From Eledone cirrhosa (lineage: Eukaryota), in the NCBI GenBank assembly GCA_964016885.1, contig OZ024741.1, positions 168,206,001 to 168,270,000 of the forward strand: a DNA stretch of 64,000 nt, read 5' to 3'. Of this stretch, positions 1-12,062 are shown piece after piece. The notes beneath the pieces were generated by a model. That model searched no databases and was not told the origin of the DNA. It saw only the letters and a program-made list of their open reading frames with translations. How positions within the stretch are numbered: position 1 is the first letter of the stretch; each line of letters opens with the position of its first letter. The translations under genes were made by a program, and so were the position numbers.

Positions 1-616
1 TTGTAAATCCTGGGATTTTTGTCATGTATTTGCCTGTGTCTATCTATCATTGCCAGAGCATCTATTATTGTTAGGATTACTTCTGTGTTTCTGTATTCAT
101 CATCCATATTTATATTATTTCCATTATCATTTAGGCTATTATTATTATTATCATTGTTTTTTTCTTTTCCTTCAGTATTGTTTCTGTTATATGCCAAGTG
201 TCTTCTTGACACCTAGGGCAAATAAACTCACTGTATACATTGGTAAGCCAGTTAACACACCAAATTGATTATAATTTACAGCTTAAAAAAAAAAAACTAA
301 ATAAAAAAAACATATATATATATACAACAAACGTGTACATACATATACATATATACTTACACAAACATACACATACATACACACATATACACATCCACAC
401 ACAGATGCACATACACACAGGCACATATACATAACACACACAGATACAAATACATACATATACGCATACACATATATACACACATTGCTCCAGTTTACTC
501 AGCTGTAGAAATGAGGTCCCTATCATTAAATCACCCAAGACACCTCCAACGAGATATACCTTGGAGGAGGCCAGCTAAACCTGCATAGTGTGAGCTGTCG
601 TCACTCACACATACAT

Positions 617-658
<42 letters not shown>

Positions 659-689
659 ATAAAAGATATGCACGCACACACCCTCACAC

Positions 690-3600
690 CCCCATAGCCT
701 ATTCGACCAATCAAACCTCAGCATGCCATTTCTTCTACTACTACCTAACTCTCTCCTCCCCCGTCCCAGCCCAACACACCCTGCCATTATTACCACCACC
801 ACTGTTCTTCTAGCCCTGAATTTTCCTACCGTTATGTATGGATGAACTGAGAATAAATTGGAGCAACTCTGAATTAATAGATGAAATGAATATGAATGCG
901 CGAGCTACCAAGCACCCATGTGAAGCCCCAATCCAGAGAGAGGAAGCACACACACACCCCTGCAAAAATCGAGCCTTCCCTACGAGTGTGGATAAATGCC
1001 CAAAACTCCGAGTTGGTACCATCAATGTAAGCACAATGAAAGGAAGAGCAGGAGAAATCGTAGAAATGCTAGAGCGAAAGGAAATTGATGTATGCTGTGT
1101 GCAAGAGACTAGATGGAGAGGAGAGTCTGCTAGAGTCCTTGGAGGAAAAAGTCAATGCTACAAATTTTTCTGGGTAGGAAATGACGATGGGATGGGTGGT
1201 GTAGGTATTCTACTAGCCGACAAGTGGGTAGATAAAGTAATCTCAGTAAATGCAAGAATCATTAAACTCAGACTAGTCCTGAATAAAACAATTACCACAA
1301 TAATATCAGCTTACGCACCCCAATCGGGGTTGCCAGACAAACTTAAGGATAGATTTTACGAGTCCCTCATGCACACTACTGCTCTAACAAATGACAATGA
1401 CTTCCTAATCATCGCGGGAGATTTTAACGGACACGTAGGTAAACACCGTGATGGCTTCTATAGAGTCCATGGAGGCCATGGGTGGGGTTGGCACAAGAAA
1501 TGAAGAAGGATTCAGGCTTCTAGAATTCTGCGACGCCAATGACATGTCGATATGTAACACAAACTTCAAAAAACCCGACAACCACCTGATCACCTATAGA
1601 TCAGGGGAGCATCCTAGTCAGATAGATTTTATCCTCATCAGAGGACGTGATAGATGGACGGTTGTAAACACAAAAGCCTTCCCTAGTGAGGAATGTACTT
1701 CCCAACATAGCTTATTTGTCAGCGACTGCCCGTTCAGAACTAGACGAACCTGAAAACAGAAGCCAACCTGGAGAAGAAAAATCTTGAAGCTGAAAGACCC
1801 CTCAGCCAGCAACAGATTTAAAGATATTTTACACAACACCTATGGCAGTAAAGAAGAACAGATAGAGACATTCAATGTAGAAGAGCACTGGGAGTTCCTA
1901 AAAAATAACTTACTAGAGGCGACGGATGAGGTCTGTGGCTGGAGTAAGGCCACAAGCAGGAGGAGAGTGACTTGGTAGTGGAACAATAAGGTAGATGAGG
2001 CAGTTAAGGCCAAGAGACAGGCATGGAAAGAATGGAAGAACAGGAGGAGCAGGGTACATTACATAGAGACGAAGAGGGAAGCTAGGCGACAAGTATACTT
2101 AGCTAGGAGGGAAGCAGAGGATAGAAAATTCAAGCATTGTTTGCAACGTGAGGACCAGAAACAGGAGGTGTTCAAGATTGCGAGGCAGTGTGTCAGAGAG
2201 AATTGTGATGTCATTGGAGAGAAGTGTATCCAGAATGATAAAGGTGAGCTTGTCCTCACAAGTGCTGAGAAGAAAGATGCATGGAAGAGCCATTATGATA
2301 GATTACTAAATGAGGAGAATGCATGGGAAGAAGAGACCCTACCCCAAGTAGACCCTATAGAGGGGCCAGCAGTACAAGTCAGCAGCAGCGTAGTAAGTAA
2401 GGCAATCAAAGATATGAAGATGGGGAAGGCAACCGGTCCATCGGGTATAGCTGCCGAAATGCTGAAGGCATCTGGGTCTGAAGGTCACACTATAACCACA
2501 CATATTGTTAACCAGGTAATACTAGAAGGTGTCATACCAAAAGATTGGTGCAGTAGCATCATTGTCAACTGCTACAAAGGTAAAGGTGATGCACTAGATA
2601 GAGGAAACTATAGAGGTATAAAGCTGATGGACCAGGTCATGAAAGTAACAGAAAGAGTTATAGCACAGTTGATTAGGGACCAGGTGAAACTAGATGAGAT
2701 GCAATTTGGGTTTGTACCAGGAAGAGGCACCACTGATGCCCTCTTCCTTGTGAGGCAGTTACAGGAAAAGTACCTAGCTAAAAGTAAGCCACTCTACCTG
2801 GCATTCGTCGATCTCGAGAAAGCCTTTGACAGAGTTCCACGTGCTGTAATCTGGTGGGCTCTTAGAAAACTAGGAGTAGATGAATGGCTTGTGAAAGCTG
2901 TACAAGCCATGTATAGGGGAGCAGTCAGCAAAGTTAGGATTAGCAATGAGTATAGCGAGGAATTTAGCGTACAGGTTGGTGTCCACCAGGGCTCTGTTCT
3001 TAGCCCTCTCCTGTTCATCATAGTCCTGCAGGCAATAACGGAGGAGTTTAAGACCGGATGCCCATGGGAACTCCTGTATGCTGATGACCTCGCACTTATA
3101 GCTGAATCTATGGTAGAACTAGAGAAGAAATTCCAAACTTGGAAGCAGGGACTAGAAAGAAAGGGTCTCAAAGTCAACATGACAAAGACTAAGGTCCTTG
3201 TAAGTAGACGAGAAAACAGAACCCAGATCCCCTCAGGGAAATGACCTTGCTCAGTATGTAGGAAAGGTGTAGGTAGGAACTCCATTCTCTGCCACAAATG
3301 CAAACAATGGGTACACAAGAGATGTAGCGGGATGTCAGCAAGCTTAATTAAGAATGTAGGCTTCACATGCAGCAGCTGTGCTGGGACAGCAAGCAGCAAA
3401 CAGCCACAGGAAACAAGTACCACCAATCTCTGGGAGGGCTCTGTAGAAACAGTAGACAGCTTCTGCTACCTAGGTGACCGAATTAGCAGCGGAGGTGGGT
3501 GTTCAGAAAGTACAATAACTAGGGTAAGAACGGGATGGAAGAAGTTCAGGGAACTACTGCAACTGCTAGCTGCAAAAGGCTTCTCCCTCAAAATGAAAGG

Positions 3601-4300
3601 CAGACTGTATGATGCGTGTATCCGAACAGCAATGTTACATGGTAGTGAGACCTGGGCGCTGAAGGTGGAAGACTTAGGTAGATTAGAGAGAAACGAAGCC
3701 TGCATGCTCCGATGGATGTGTAATAGTAATATACACGAACGACAAAGCATAAATGAATTGAGAGAGAGACTGAACATAAGAGGAATCAAATGCTGTGTGC
3801 AGGAGAGGCGGATGTGTTGGTATGGACACATGATGCGTATGAAGGATGACAGCTGCATAAAAAGGTGCAGACCACTAGAAGTCAATGGAAACCGCGGAGT
3901 GGGGAGACCCAATAAGACCTGGGATGAGGTGATAAAAGCCGACCTTACCCAATTACACCTCTCAAAGGCGATGACACACGACCGTGATCTCTGGCGTCAC
4001 GCAGTAATACAGAGTACACGACCTCCCCTGGGTACAAGCTGAAGCATATAGACAATATGCCCCACACCCTCCCACTGCAAGGTGGTCATGGAGGTGCCAC
4101 GGCAAAAAAGCACCCAGCACTCACTGTAAATGAGGTTGGTGTTAGGAAGGGCATCCAGCTGTAGAAATCAAGCCAAAATCAGTTCCTGTATGAGCAAGGC
4201 ATGGTCAGCCGACCAGACACTGCCCACAACAGGACAACCCATCTAACCCATGCTAGCGTGGAAGAACGGACGTAAAACGGTGATGATGATGATGATGATG
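690..4300 (+). mobile_element. Near-full-length decayed RTE-clade (BovB-like) LINE
   Basis: APE endonuclease (VGTINV, CCVQETRW, IAGDFNGHVG, SQIDFIL), RT (FVDLEKAFDRVP, GVHQGSVLSPLLF, LLYADD) and C-terminal WYGH..GRP..TW; 3' UTR ends in a (GAT)n tail at about 4280. Confidence 0.95.
838..4042 (+). pseudogene. RTE ORF (APE endonuclease - RT - PHD finger - C-terminal domain), disrupted
   Basis: Collinear ORF pieces 838-1503, 1448-1753, 1784-1978, 2141-3244 and 3332-4042; frameshift near 1490; stops at 1751, 1976 and 3242. Confidence 0.93.
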
Positions 4301-4352
4301 ACACACACACACACTCTCATCCACACATACATACATGGAGGGATATCATACT

Positions 4353-4560
4353 TACAGAGATAGTGCTCTTCTCAATACGTGTGCAGTACCAGTCAAAACA
4401 ATTTTTTGCCACTCTTGCAGAGAGGGTAAACCAGGGATCATTCTCAAATACTATTCTGATCCTTTCTTGATCATTCCCAGTGCTCCCACAATCACTGGTA
4501 TTGTAACAGCGTCTAGTTTGAGCTGGATCTCCAGTTGGATAAGAATTGAGAAGGGTGGCC
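4353..4560 (-). mobile_element. 3' end relic of an R4/Dong-like (restriction-like endonuclease) non-LTR element
   Basis: Minus-strand translation IPVIVGALGMIKKG...LQEWQKIVLTGTAHVLRRALSL* resembles the C-terminus of RLE-type retrotransposons. Confidence 0.65.
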
Positions 4561-5210
4561 ACTCTCATTCAGAAATTGGTTGGGTGGAGGTGGTGAACAA
4601 ATACATTGTGTTTATCATCTATTGCTACCTGACCATCATGCCTTTCCCCTATTCACACCAAATTGGAGCACCTGCTCTTCAGCTTATTGTGGAAGGGATA
4701 AGCTCTAATGGTGAGGGGGTCCATCTGCTGGCAACACCCTCTACACGGAGGACTGGGCATGCCATGGCTGATGATGCACAAATGTACACTGAGGCTATAT
4801 CATCTTTAGATATTCCTAAACAGTGAACAAATGAGGTTGCTGTTTGTAAGACATGTCTATTTGCAGCTTTTCTCTTTAACTGAGCTGTAGTGAAGGGCAA
4901 GTGCGATGACATTCTCAGAGAGGCTCTATGTTGTGGACGCAGCTAAAAGGCCTGATGACACACCTCTTTGGCCAAGCCCTTATCGACATCCTCCTAGGGT
5001 GCTCTTGGAGAGTAAGGGGGTCTACAATAGGTGGGGTTCCTGCGTTACCTCTATTAGGGAATTTCATTGTCATCATTTTATTGTTATTTATTATTTTTGT
5101 TTTATTTATTTTTATTTTGTAAATCCCCACTGGCCCTGCCTTTTGTATTGTCCTACATGTGGCCTTGTGGCCAATGAAATTTATTATTAGTATTATTATT
5201 ATTCTTGTGA

Positions 5211-5432
5211 GGGCGGTGGATTGGCAGTATCAGTAAAGCATTGGACAATGTGCTTTGCGGTATCGAGCTACAGTCCTTTACACTCTGAATTCAAATCTTA
5301 CTGAGGTTAACTTTGTCTTTCATCCCGACGGGATCAATAAATAAAGCACCAGTAATGAACTGAGGTCGATTTAATCGATTTTCCATTCCCCCAAAATTGC
5401 TGACCTTGTGCCTAAAGTAGAAACAATCATTA
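5211..5432 (+). mobile_element. tRNA-derived SINE, family N (Nin/Deu-like central domain)
   Basis: A-box-like TGGCAGTATCAGTA, B-box-like GAATTCAAATC, central ctttcatcc..gatcaataaataaagcaccag, and (TTA) tail; many copies in the window. Confidence 0.8.
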
Positions 5433-5565
5433 TTATTTTATTACTGTTATTGTTTTTATATATTTTGTTATGAACAAAATTAATGGGAACTGAAGGTAAT
5501 TTAATAATAAAACAGACGTTGAAAACAAGTCTTGATATAATGAAATGCTTTTATATTTTTTATAG

Positions 5566-5626
5566 ATGTTTATGCCATTTACAACAATTGCTCATCAAAA
5601 TTTCAAAGACATGGAAACCTTACCAG
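5566..5626 (+). CDS. Candidate internal host exon (MFMPFTTIAHQNFKDMETLP)
   Basis: Polypyrimidine acceptor ttttttatAG and donor CAG|GTtaat; non-repetitive; 61 nt, splices in frame to 8121. Confidence 0.35.
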
Positions 5627-5889
5627 GTTAATGGCACCAAATAAGGAGAAAGGAAAAAAACATTCACCGTTTCATGTAAAATTTGATTTAGATGTCAGTC
5701 TTTCTTGCTGTTTTTCACTTATAGATGAAGATGGGAGTAAAGAGGGAGGTGCACCCTTCCAGCATGTTTTATGAAAGATGGGTGAGAGCAGTGAGATTGA
5801 TGAGGTAGAATGGGCCTACTCTGAATATTGTTTTTTCTTTAATATGTGGAAAGAAACCTGTAGAGGGCACCTTCTATACCCTTGATGTG

Positions 5890-6300
5890 GTGATAATGAT
5901 AGTGGTGGTGATGTTAATGGGGAGGATGATAGTATGGTGATGGACATAATAATGATGGTGGTGGTAGTGATGGTAGGGGTGTGATGGTGATGGCAATGAG
6001 AATGATGGTAATGGTAGTGATAATGATGATGATGGCTTTGATAATGGTGTTGCTGGTAGTGGTAAGAAGGATGGTGGTTGTGATGATTAAATCGATGGCA
6101 GTAGTGGTGCTGATGTTGATGGTGGTCATAATGGTGGTAATGTTGGTAGTGTTGGTGGAGGTGATGATGGTAATATTGGAGGTGGTGCTGATGCTGTTGA
6201 TTTCAATGATGATGATGATTATTATGACAATCACTACTCTCCATAACACCACTATGATGATAACTGCCATGGCTTTGATGTTGCTATTATTGTTGGAGGC
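5890..6300. repeat. Degenerate (GAT/GGT)n low-complexity tract
   Basis: Trinucleotide-derived sequence giving M/V-rich pseudo-ORFs. Confidence 0.9.
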
Positions 6301-6339
6301 TAACATGTAAAACACACAGGCATAATACAAGCATGTATA

Positions 6340-6975
6340 AATTATAGACATATAAACTATAAATGTATAAATGATACAGATGTATGAACTACAGATGCAT
6401 AAACTACAGATGTATGAACTATAGATGTATCAGATACAGATTTATAAAAATCACATATATAAATTATAAATTTATAAACTACAGATGTATAAGATACAGA
6501 TGTATAAACTATAGATATATGAATTATAAATGTATAAGATACAGATCTATAAAATACAGATCTATAAGCTACAGATGCATAAACTACATATGTATGAGCT
6601 ATCGACGTATGAACTATAAATGTATCAGATGTATAAGATACAGATTATAAGCTACAGATGCATAAACTACATATGTATGAGCTATAGATGTATGAACTAT
6701 AAATGTATCAGATGTATAAGATACAGATTATAAAATACAGATCTATAAGCTACAGATGCATAAACAACATATGTATGAGCTATAGATGTATGAACTATAA
6801 ATGTATCAGATGTATAAGATACAGATGTATAAACCATAGGTGTATAAACTACAGATATATAAGATACAGATGTATCAACTATAGGTGTATAAACTATAGA
6901 TGAATAAGATACATATGCATATGATACAGATATATAAGCTACAGATGTATAAGATTCAGATGTATATAACTCAGA
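6340..6975. repeat. 15-bp minisatellite, consensus about TATAAACTACAGATG
   Basis: About 40 diverged units translating as INYRC/IRYRC repeats; larger duplicated blocks near 6535-6640 and 6730-6830. Confidence 0.92.
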
Positions 6976-7442
6976 TTTTAAAATATTACCGGTCTCTTTC
7001 ATTAAACAATGGCTGTGCTAGGCCATCACCTTGAAGGGATTTATCTGCTCATATCAGCCCCAGTATATGTTTTTCCAAGTCTGTTTCTTATTTTATCAAC
7101 CTCTTTCATTTTTACACCCTTAAGTTACAGACATAAACAAACAGTAACTCTAAACATAGACAAGGCTATGCACACACACACACACAGCTCTTTCTATATA
7201 TACATGGAGAGCCTCCACACAGTTTCTATCAACCAAAGTTTATTCTCATGGCCTCAGGCTATAGTAAATGACACTTGCCCAAGGTGCTATATAGTGGAAC
7301 AGAATGCAAAACTATGTGGTTGTGAACTGAACATCATCACTATTTTATGTCCATTTTCCCTATTGCCATAAGTTAGGAGGGGTTGTAGGTTCTGAGACAG
7401 GTCAGATGACCTTGTCCAGCTCATATATATATATATATATAT

Positions 7443-7638
7443 AACAAAGCAGGTGTGGTAAGGAATCAGATGGACCATAACGCACCAGAGTACTCAATAC
7501 TTAGGGTAGTAGAGTGGGTAATAGGAAAATGTTTAACCCCGACAGCAGAGCTCAAGCTTTTTCAAAGGCTATTTCTGGACTGTCCAGAAATAGCCGTCAA
7601 AACAGCTTGAGCTCTGCCGTCAGGGTTAAACATTTCCT
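7443..7638 (-). mobile_element. Short fold-back element between (TA)n tracts (probable Penelope-like terminus)
   Basis: Arms aggaaaatgtttaaccccgacagcagagctcaagc..tttctggac / gtccagaaatagcc..gagctctgccgtcagggttaaacatttcct; homologous to 9358-9591. Confidence 0.7.
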
Positions 7639-7649
7639 ATATATATATC

Positions 7650-7987
7650 ATCATTCATCATCATCATTTCATTTTACGTCCGCTTTTCCCTGCTTGCAAG
7701 GGTGGGATGGGAACTGATTCTGGGTTGATTTCTACAGCTGGATGCCCTTCCTAACACCAACCTCATTTACAGTTAGTGCTGGGTGCTTTTTTGCCGTGGC
7801 ACCTCCACGACCACTTTTCAGTGGAATGATAGGGACCCCAGTCCCTATCATCTCATTTCTACAGCTGAGTAAACTGGAGCAATGTGAAATAAAGTGTCTT
7901 GCTCAAGGAAACAACACATCACCCAGTCTGAGAATTGAACTCACAACCTTTCGATTGCAAGGCCAATGCTCTAACCACTAAGCCATG
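7650..7987 (-). mobile_element. tRNA-derived CORE-like SINE, family C, with RTE-derived 3' tail
   Basis: Reverse complement head TGGCTTAGTGG..GAGTTCAATTCTC, body ccttgagcaagacacttta, tail matches LINE 3' UTR 4075-4190. Confidence 0.88.
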
Positions 7988-8120
7988 TAATATGTAATTA
8001 AATATGTATATGATGCAATACTGATTCTTTGTTCCCATTTATATTATATATATATATATATAATGGTGATATACCATATATACATAGAAAAGTCAAATAT
8101 TTTAAAATCGTCTTTTCCAG

Positions 8121-8170
8121 TTAAATTTGCAGCCAACTATTACATGGATACTACTTTCAAGAAGCTGTAA
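8121..8170 (+). CDS. Candidate terminal host exon (VKFAANYYMDTTFKKL*)
   Basis: Acceptor tcgtcttttccAG; phase-compatible with 5566-5626; TAA at 8168-8170. Confidence 0.33.
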
Positions 8171-8463
8171 TTGCTGACAATATAGAAAGCTTGTAATTAC
8201 AAACGCAAACGCCATAGCTGTTAAAAATCAACAGATAAACACATATATCTCTATTACTTAATTATATAAATAATTCACATGAAAGAAAATATTAAGCTAG
8301 AGCTTGCATTTGGAGCTGCTTACACGGAGGCCCCTATGACAAGTTCCTCAATCATCATCTTCGCAGTTGCAAGGACCTTATCTGGAGGATCCTCTCAAAA
8401 AAAAAAAAAAAAAAAAAAAAGAAGCATGATCAAGATACTAGACATTAAAATCCAGGGCAGCCC

Positions 8464-9230
8464 CTATATTATACCATCATTGATGCCTAGAACAAATAAA
8501 GCATGTCCAACTGGGTCACCTTGTTGGACTCCTGAGGCAAATATGAGGAAATGGTCACCAACGGAGATGTAGGAGAGTTCCAGGTAAGCCTGCCAAGCAA
8601 AGTAGTAGAGCTGTGGAACCCTCTCCTTTAATGAGCAGAGGATGACATCAAGACTAATGGAGTTGAAGGCATTCTTGAGATCAAGTTTGAGGATAACCTT
8701 AGGCGTGGACAGCTGCTTCATAATCTAAATTGGTACCCACCCCTAGCTGAATAGGGGAAAATTCTGCAGCCTGAAACCCATGACAGACACACTTTCACTG
8801 TTAGCCATCACAGAGTTCACCCAAACACTATGGGGCAGATGTCACCATTGGGCTTTATGAAACCAAATAGTTTAGCCCCAAAGAACAAGAGATGAGTATA
8901 AGGGGGGAGTCTCTCAAGCGAGAACGTGTTGACAACCTGGGTCAGAGTCCCCAAGAGCTTGAATCTGGCATCACTGGATGACAGGGAAATACCATCATAT
9001 GATGCTGGGTTTGTAGGCCATTAATCCCAGCACTTTGACCTACAGGAAATGATGCAATCACCTTGATGTTATCCAAGGTGAAATCTGGTTATAAATAACC
9101 TGGTGGATTGGGCCAGTGTAAACAGTTTTCTGCAGGGCAGAGAGAAGAGAAGAGGTGTATAGCCTCTTTAATGTCAAATTCGCTGGAATTGGCATAGACA
9201 GCTTTGTTTTAGTTTGGCAATTGCCCAATG
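8464..9230 (-). mobile_element. Decayed CRE-like non-LTR retrotransposon RT fragment
   Basis: KLDLKNAFNSI and GVQQGDPVGHALF motifs; upstream GAKLFGFIKPNGDICPIVFG corresponds to the K..G.IRPIAVG motif. Confidence 0.75.
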
Positions 9231-9278
9231 TTAGGAGCTCTGCTGATCACTAACCTGAGAAAAACAGTGGTTGGGGTG

Positions 9279-9357
<79 letters not shown>

Positions 9358-9590
9358 TGTATGACCCCGACGGCAGAGCTCAAGCCGTTTCGACGGCTAT
9401 TCTGGACTAAATTAGAATTTTTAGCGTGGTAAATCAAATTTTAATTTAGTCCAGAAATAGCCGTCGAAACGGCTTGAGCTCTGCCGTCGGGGTTATACAT
9501 TTTCCTATTACCCACTCTACAACCCTAATTATTGAGTACTCTTGTGCGTTTATGGTCCATCTGGTTGGTTCCTTACCACAACTCCCCCGT

Positions 9591-9591
<1 letters not shown>
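9358..9591 (+). mobile_element. Short fold-back element in (TA)n/(GA)n (probable Penelope-like terminus)
   Basis: About 60-bp near-perfect inverted arms (9358-9415 and 9443-9500) plus a unique 3' tail ending at (TA)n. Confidence 0.7.
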
Positions 9592-9629
<38 letters not shown>

Positions 9630-9633
<4 letters not shown>

Positions 9634-10605
9634 TATTTAAATATCGAAAGAGAGAGGCGATACGTGTAGTTATTTGCCAATAGCATATGCAAAACGTGCT
9701 CAATACTTGTGCCTAAATGTTAATATCTAGTGGGCGAGAATGTATGAGCGGATACACGTGGAGAAGTATATAAAGGAGAACAAACCGTTAAAACATGTTT
9801 ATTTAAAACACCATCTACGTATGTTTCGTCCGAAAGGGCTTCTCAAGGGCATACAAAACTAAAGAGTGTTCCTTACGTGACCCAGGAGGAGTTTTACAGA
9901 TAAGTTCACATCACAGTTCATTCTGCGTAAAAAACATGTATTGATATTGCAGTAGATCAAGGGAGATAACTCCAGCCGGTGTTAGAGCAGTGTTCCCCAG
10001 GCTATTTGTTACCCGTTAGTATTTTGTGGTTACTGCTTTACCATTGTCGGTTCACGCCGGGTCTGGGATGCATGGTTAGTTTCCAGATGTTTTTTGCAGC
10101 GCCTGCCCACCGGGGTGTTAAGGTTTGGTGCAGGGTGACCCGGTTTACGGTTTTCACGCCTCATTCTTATTCCATCTGCAGTAAGAGATTTTTAAGCGGT
10201 GCGTGCAGCTTATCACTGTTTCTGCTCTGCTGTTGATGAGCTCATGGGGTGCCGTTATGATATGGTAAAGCTCCATGAGGCAAAGCTTGCACTTCCTCTT
10301 GAAATTGTACGGTGCTGCCCTGCCGACAATTTTCCAGTGCGTGGAGAAGCTGATGTTTGAGTCTTTTAATGCTGTGATGTAATTCGCGAGCGAAGTGGAG
10401 GAGTGTCTTAGTTTCTTGTTTGCGAAAGAGTGGAGATGTGTTCGAAATCTATTTTTGAACGGGCCAGAGGTTGCTCCTATATAATGCTTAACGTTATTAT
10501 GGCTAGTTACGGTGCACCTATAAATAACCTTTTCAGTCAGGCAATTTCCTCTAAGGGGGCAGCGTCCCCTATCACGACAGTTGCAATTTCGGTCTCAGTC
10601 CCTTC
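9630..10605 (-). mobile_element. Penelope-like element 3' part (GIY-YIG plus terminal repeat region)
   Basis: Diverged inverted homologue of 11630-12700; minus strand encodes CNCRDRGRCPLRGNCL..IIGATSG; ends at (TA)n/(GA)n. Confidence 0.88.
9812..9852 (-). ncRNA. Minimal hammerhead-like motif, U3-A8 core variant
   Basis: Reverse complement TTGAGAA-gccc tttc ggac-GAAA-C atac G-TA; stem I poor. Confidence 0.45.
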
Positions 10606-10609
10606 TAGG

Positions 10610-11404
10610 GAATCAAGATTTTAGTTTTTTTTTAAAGTTGCTGGTTATTTATATTTATTAATTTTATAAATTCTATAAGTGTGTTAACATTTCTAAACGT
10701 CTGAATTTTATGGATTTAAAGGATTTACCTGGCCAGCGAAAGGAAAATTTACACTGTTGAATATTTTCCTAAATGTAATCTTTAACAAAGATTACCTATA
10801 AAAATGTCAACATTTTCGGTATGTAAAGCTTATGAAGTACTTATTGTTAGAAATATTTAAATAACGATTAGATATATAGAGATATATTAATGAGCCAGTA
10901 TCCTAGATTTAAAAAAAAACTAAAATCTCGATTCTTCACCCTTAAAGTAACATACATTAAATATTTTGAAACTTAACCGTTTAGCTTTTGGGAGAAAAAT
11001 CTCTTTCTGCATATATTACTCCCCTTTATCTTTCCCTCTCTTTAAATCCTCTTTCAGCGGACTTCATGGACAGTTATAATTCATGAGATGTTTTCCTAGA
11101 TAACCATAACTTGTAGTATCCTACATTTTAAAATCTCTATAGCTGTCACATTAACCAACGTCTTTCTTACTCACACATTGTCTATTGAATTTATTACGTT
11201 TTCGCATTTTCTCATTATTAGGGTATAAATGTTGAGTTTTCTCTTAGGTTAATCACTACCTTGATTAAATCTTAACCATTTAACATCTCAAGGTATGTCA
11301 TGTATCATTATATTTTGTCTGATGAGGACGTACTGTTGTACCTCTGAAATATGTATAATACAATTTAATTGATCAAAAGAACATCTATTTTATTAATATT
11401 TGTA

Positions 11405-11409
<5 letters not shown>
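10610..11409 (+). mobile_element. AT-rich non-coding Penelope-like 3' region (family A) ending in (TA)n
   Basis: Homologous to 37430-37676; contains a hammerhead; abuts (TA)n 11410-11464. Confidence 0.7.
11311..11365 (+). ncRNA. Type I hammerhead ribozyme (family A, short stem II)
   Basis: tattttgt-CTGATGA-ggacgtac tgtt gtacctct-GAAA-T atgt A-TA-atacaatt; stem I imperfect. Confidence 0.7.
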
Positions 11410-11466
<57 letters not shown>

Positions 11467-11468
11467 AA

Positions 11469-12062
11469 ATGACTGGGGAACATGCAGGACATGACGTGCG
11501 GGATAACAATCGCATCACCCCGGGTTATAACGCTGCGGGTTATAACGGTGCTAACGACAGCTGCGGGAGCGTAGATAACAACGTAGGCAGCAACAATGAT
11601 AGCCTTACCGTGGGAAATGGATGGAACCGCGACAGAAATTGCAACTGCCGCGACAGAGGACGCTGCCCACTTAGAGGATACTGCTTGACTGATAGGGTTA
11701 TATATAGATGCACTGTAACTAGCCACAATAACGTTAAACATTGTATAGGGGCTACCTCCGGCTCGTTCAAAATTAGGTTTCGAACACATCTCCACTCTTT
11801 CACAAATAAAAAACTAAGACACTCCACTTCGCTCGCGGACTACATCACATCACTAAAGGACTTAAACATCAGCTTCTCCACGCACTGGGATATTGTCGGC
11901 AGGGCTGCACCGTACAACTTCAAGAGGAAGTGCGATCTTTGCCTCATGGAGCTCTACCACATCATAACTGCACCCCACGAGCTCATCAACAGCAGTGCTG
12001 AAACAGCGATAAGTTGTACACATCGCTTAAAAATATCCTTCTTCAGATGGGTTAAGGATTAG
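11469..12062 (+). CDS. Penelope-like element C-terminal GIY-YIG endonuclease fragment (Hydra-clade-like)
   Basis: CNCRDRGRC (CxCx5C), VIYRC..HCIGAT, RFRTH, KCDLCLME, CTH. Confidence 0.85.
   Translation: MTGEHAGHDVRDNNRITPGYNAAGYNGANDSCGSVDNNVGSNNDSLTVGNGWNRDRNCNCRDRGRCPLRGYCLTDRVIYRCTVTSHNNVKHCIGATSGSFKIRFRTHLHSFTNKKLRHSTSLADYITSLKDLNISFSTHWDIVGRAAPYNFKRKCDLCLMELYHIITAPHELINSSAETAISCTHRLKISFFRWVKD

Noticed and set aside
3242-3244. In-frame TGA in the RTE ORF as selenocysteine or readthrough
   Set aside because: It fits TGG-to-TGA decay; the same copy has a TAG stop and a frameshift, and I saw no SECIS-like structure.
4600-5050. Possible CR1/L2-type C-terminal relic on the minus strand
   Set aside because: Only a weak resemblance (GISKDDIASVY..ACPV); insufficient.
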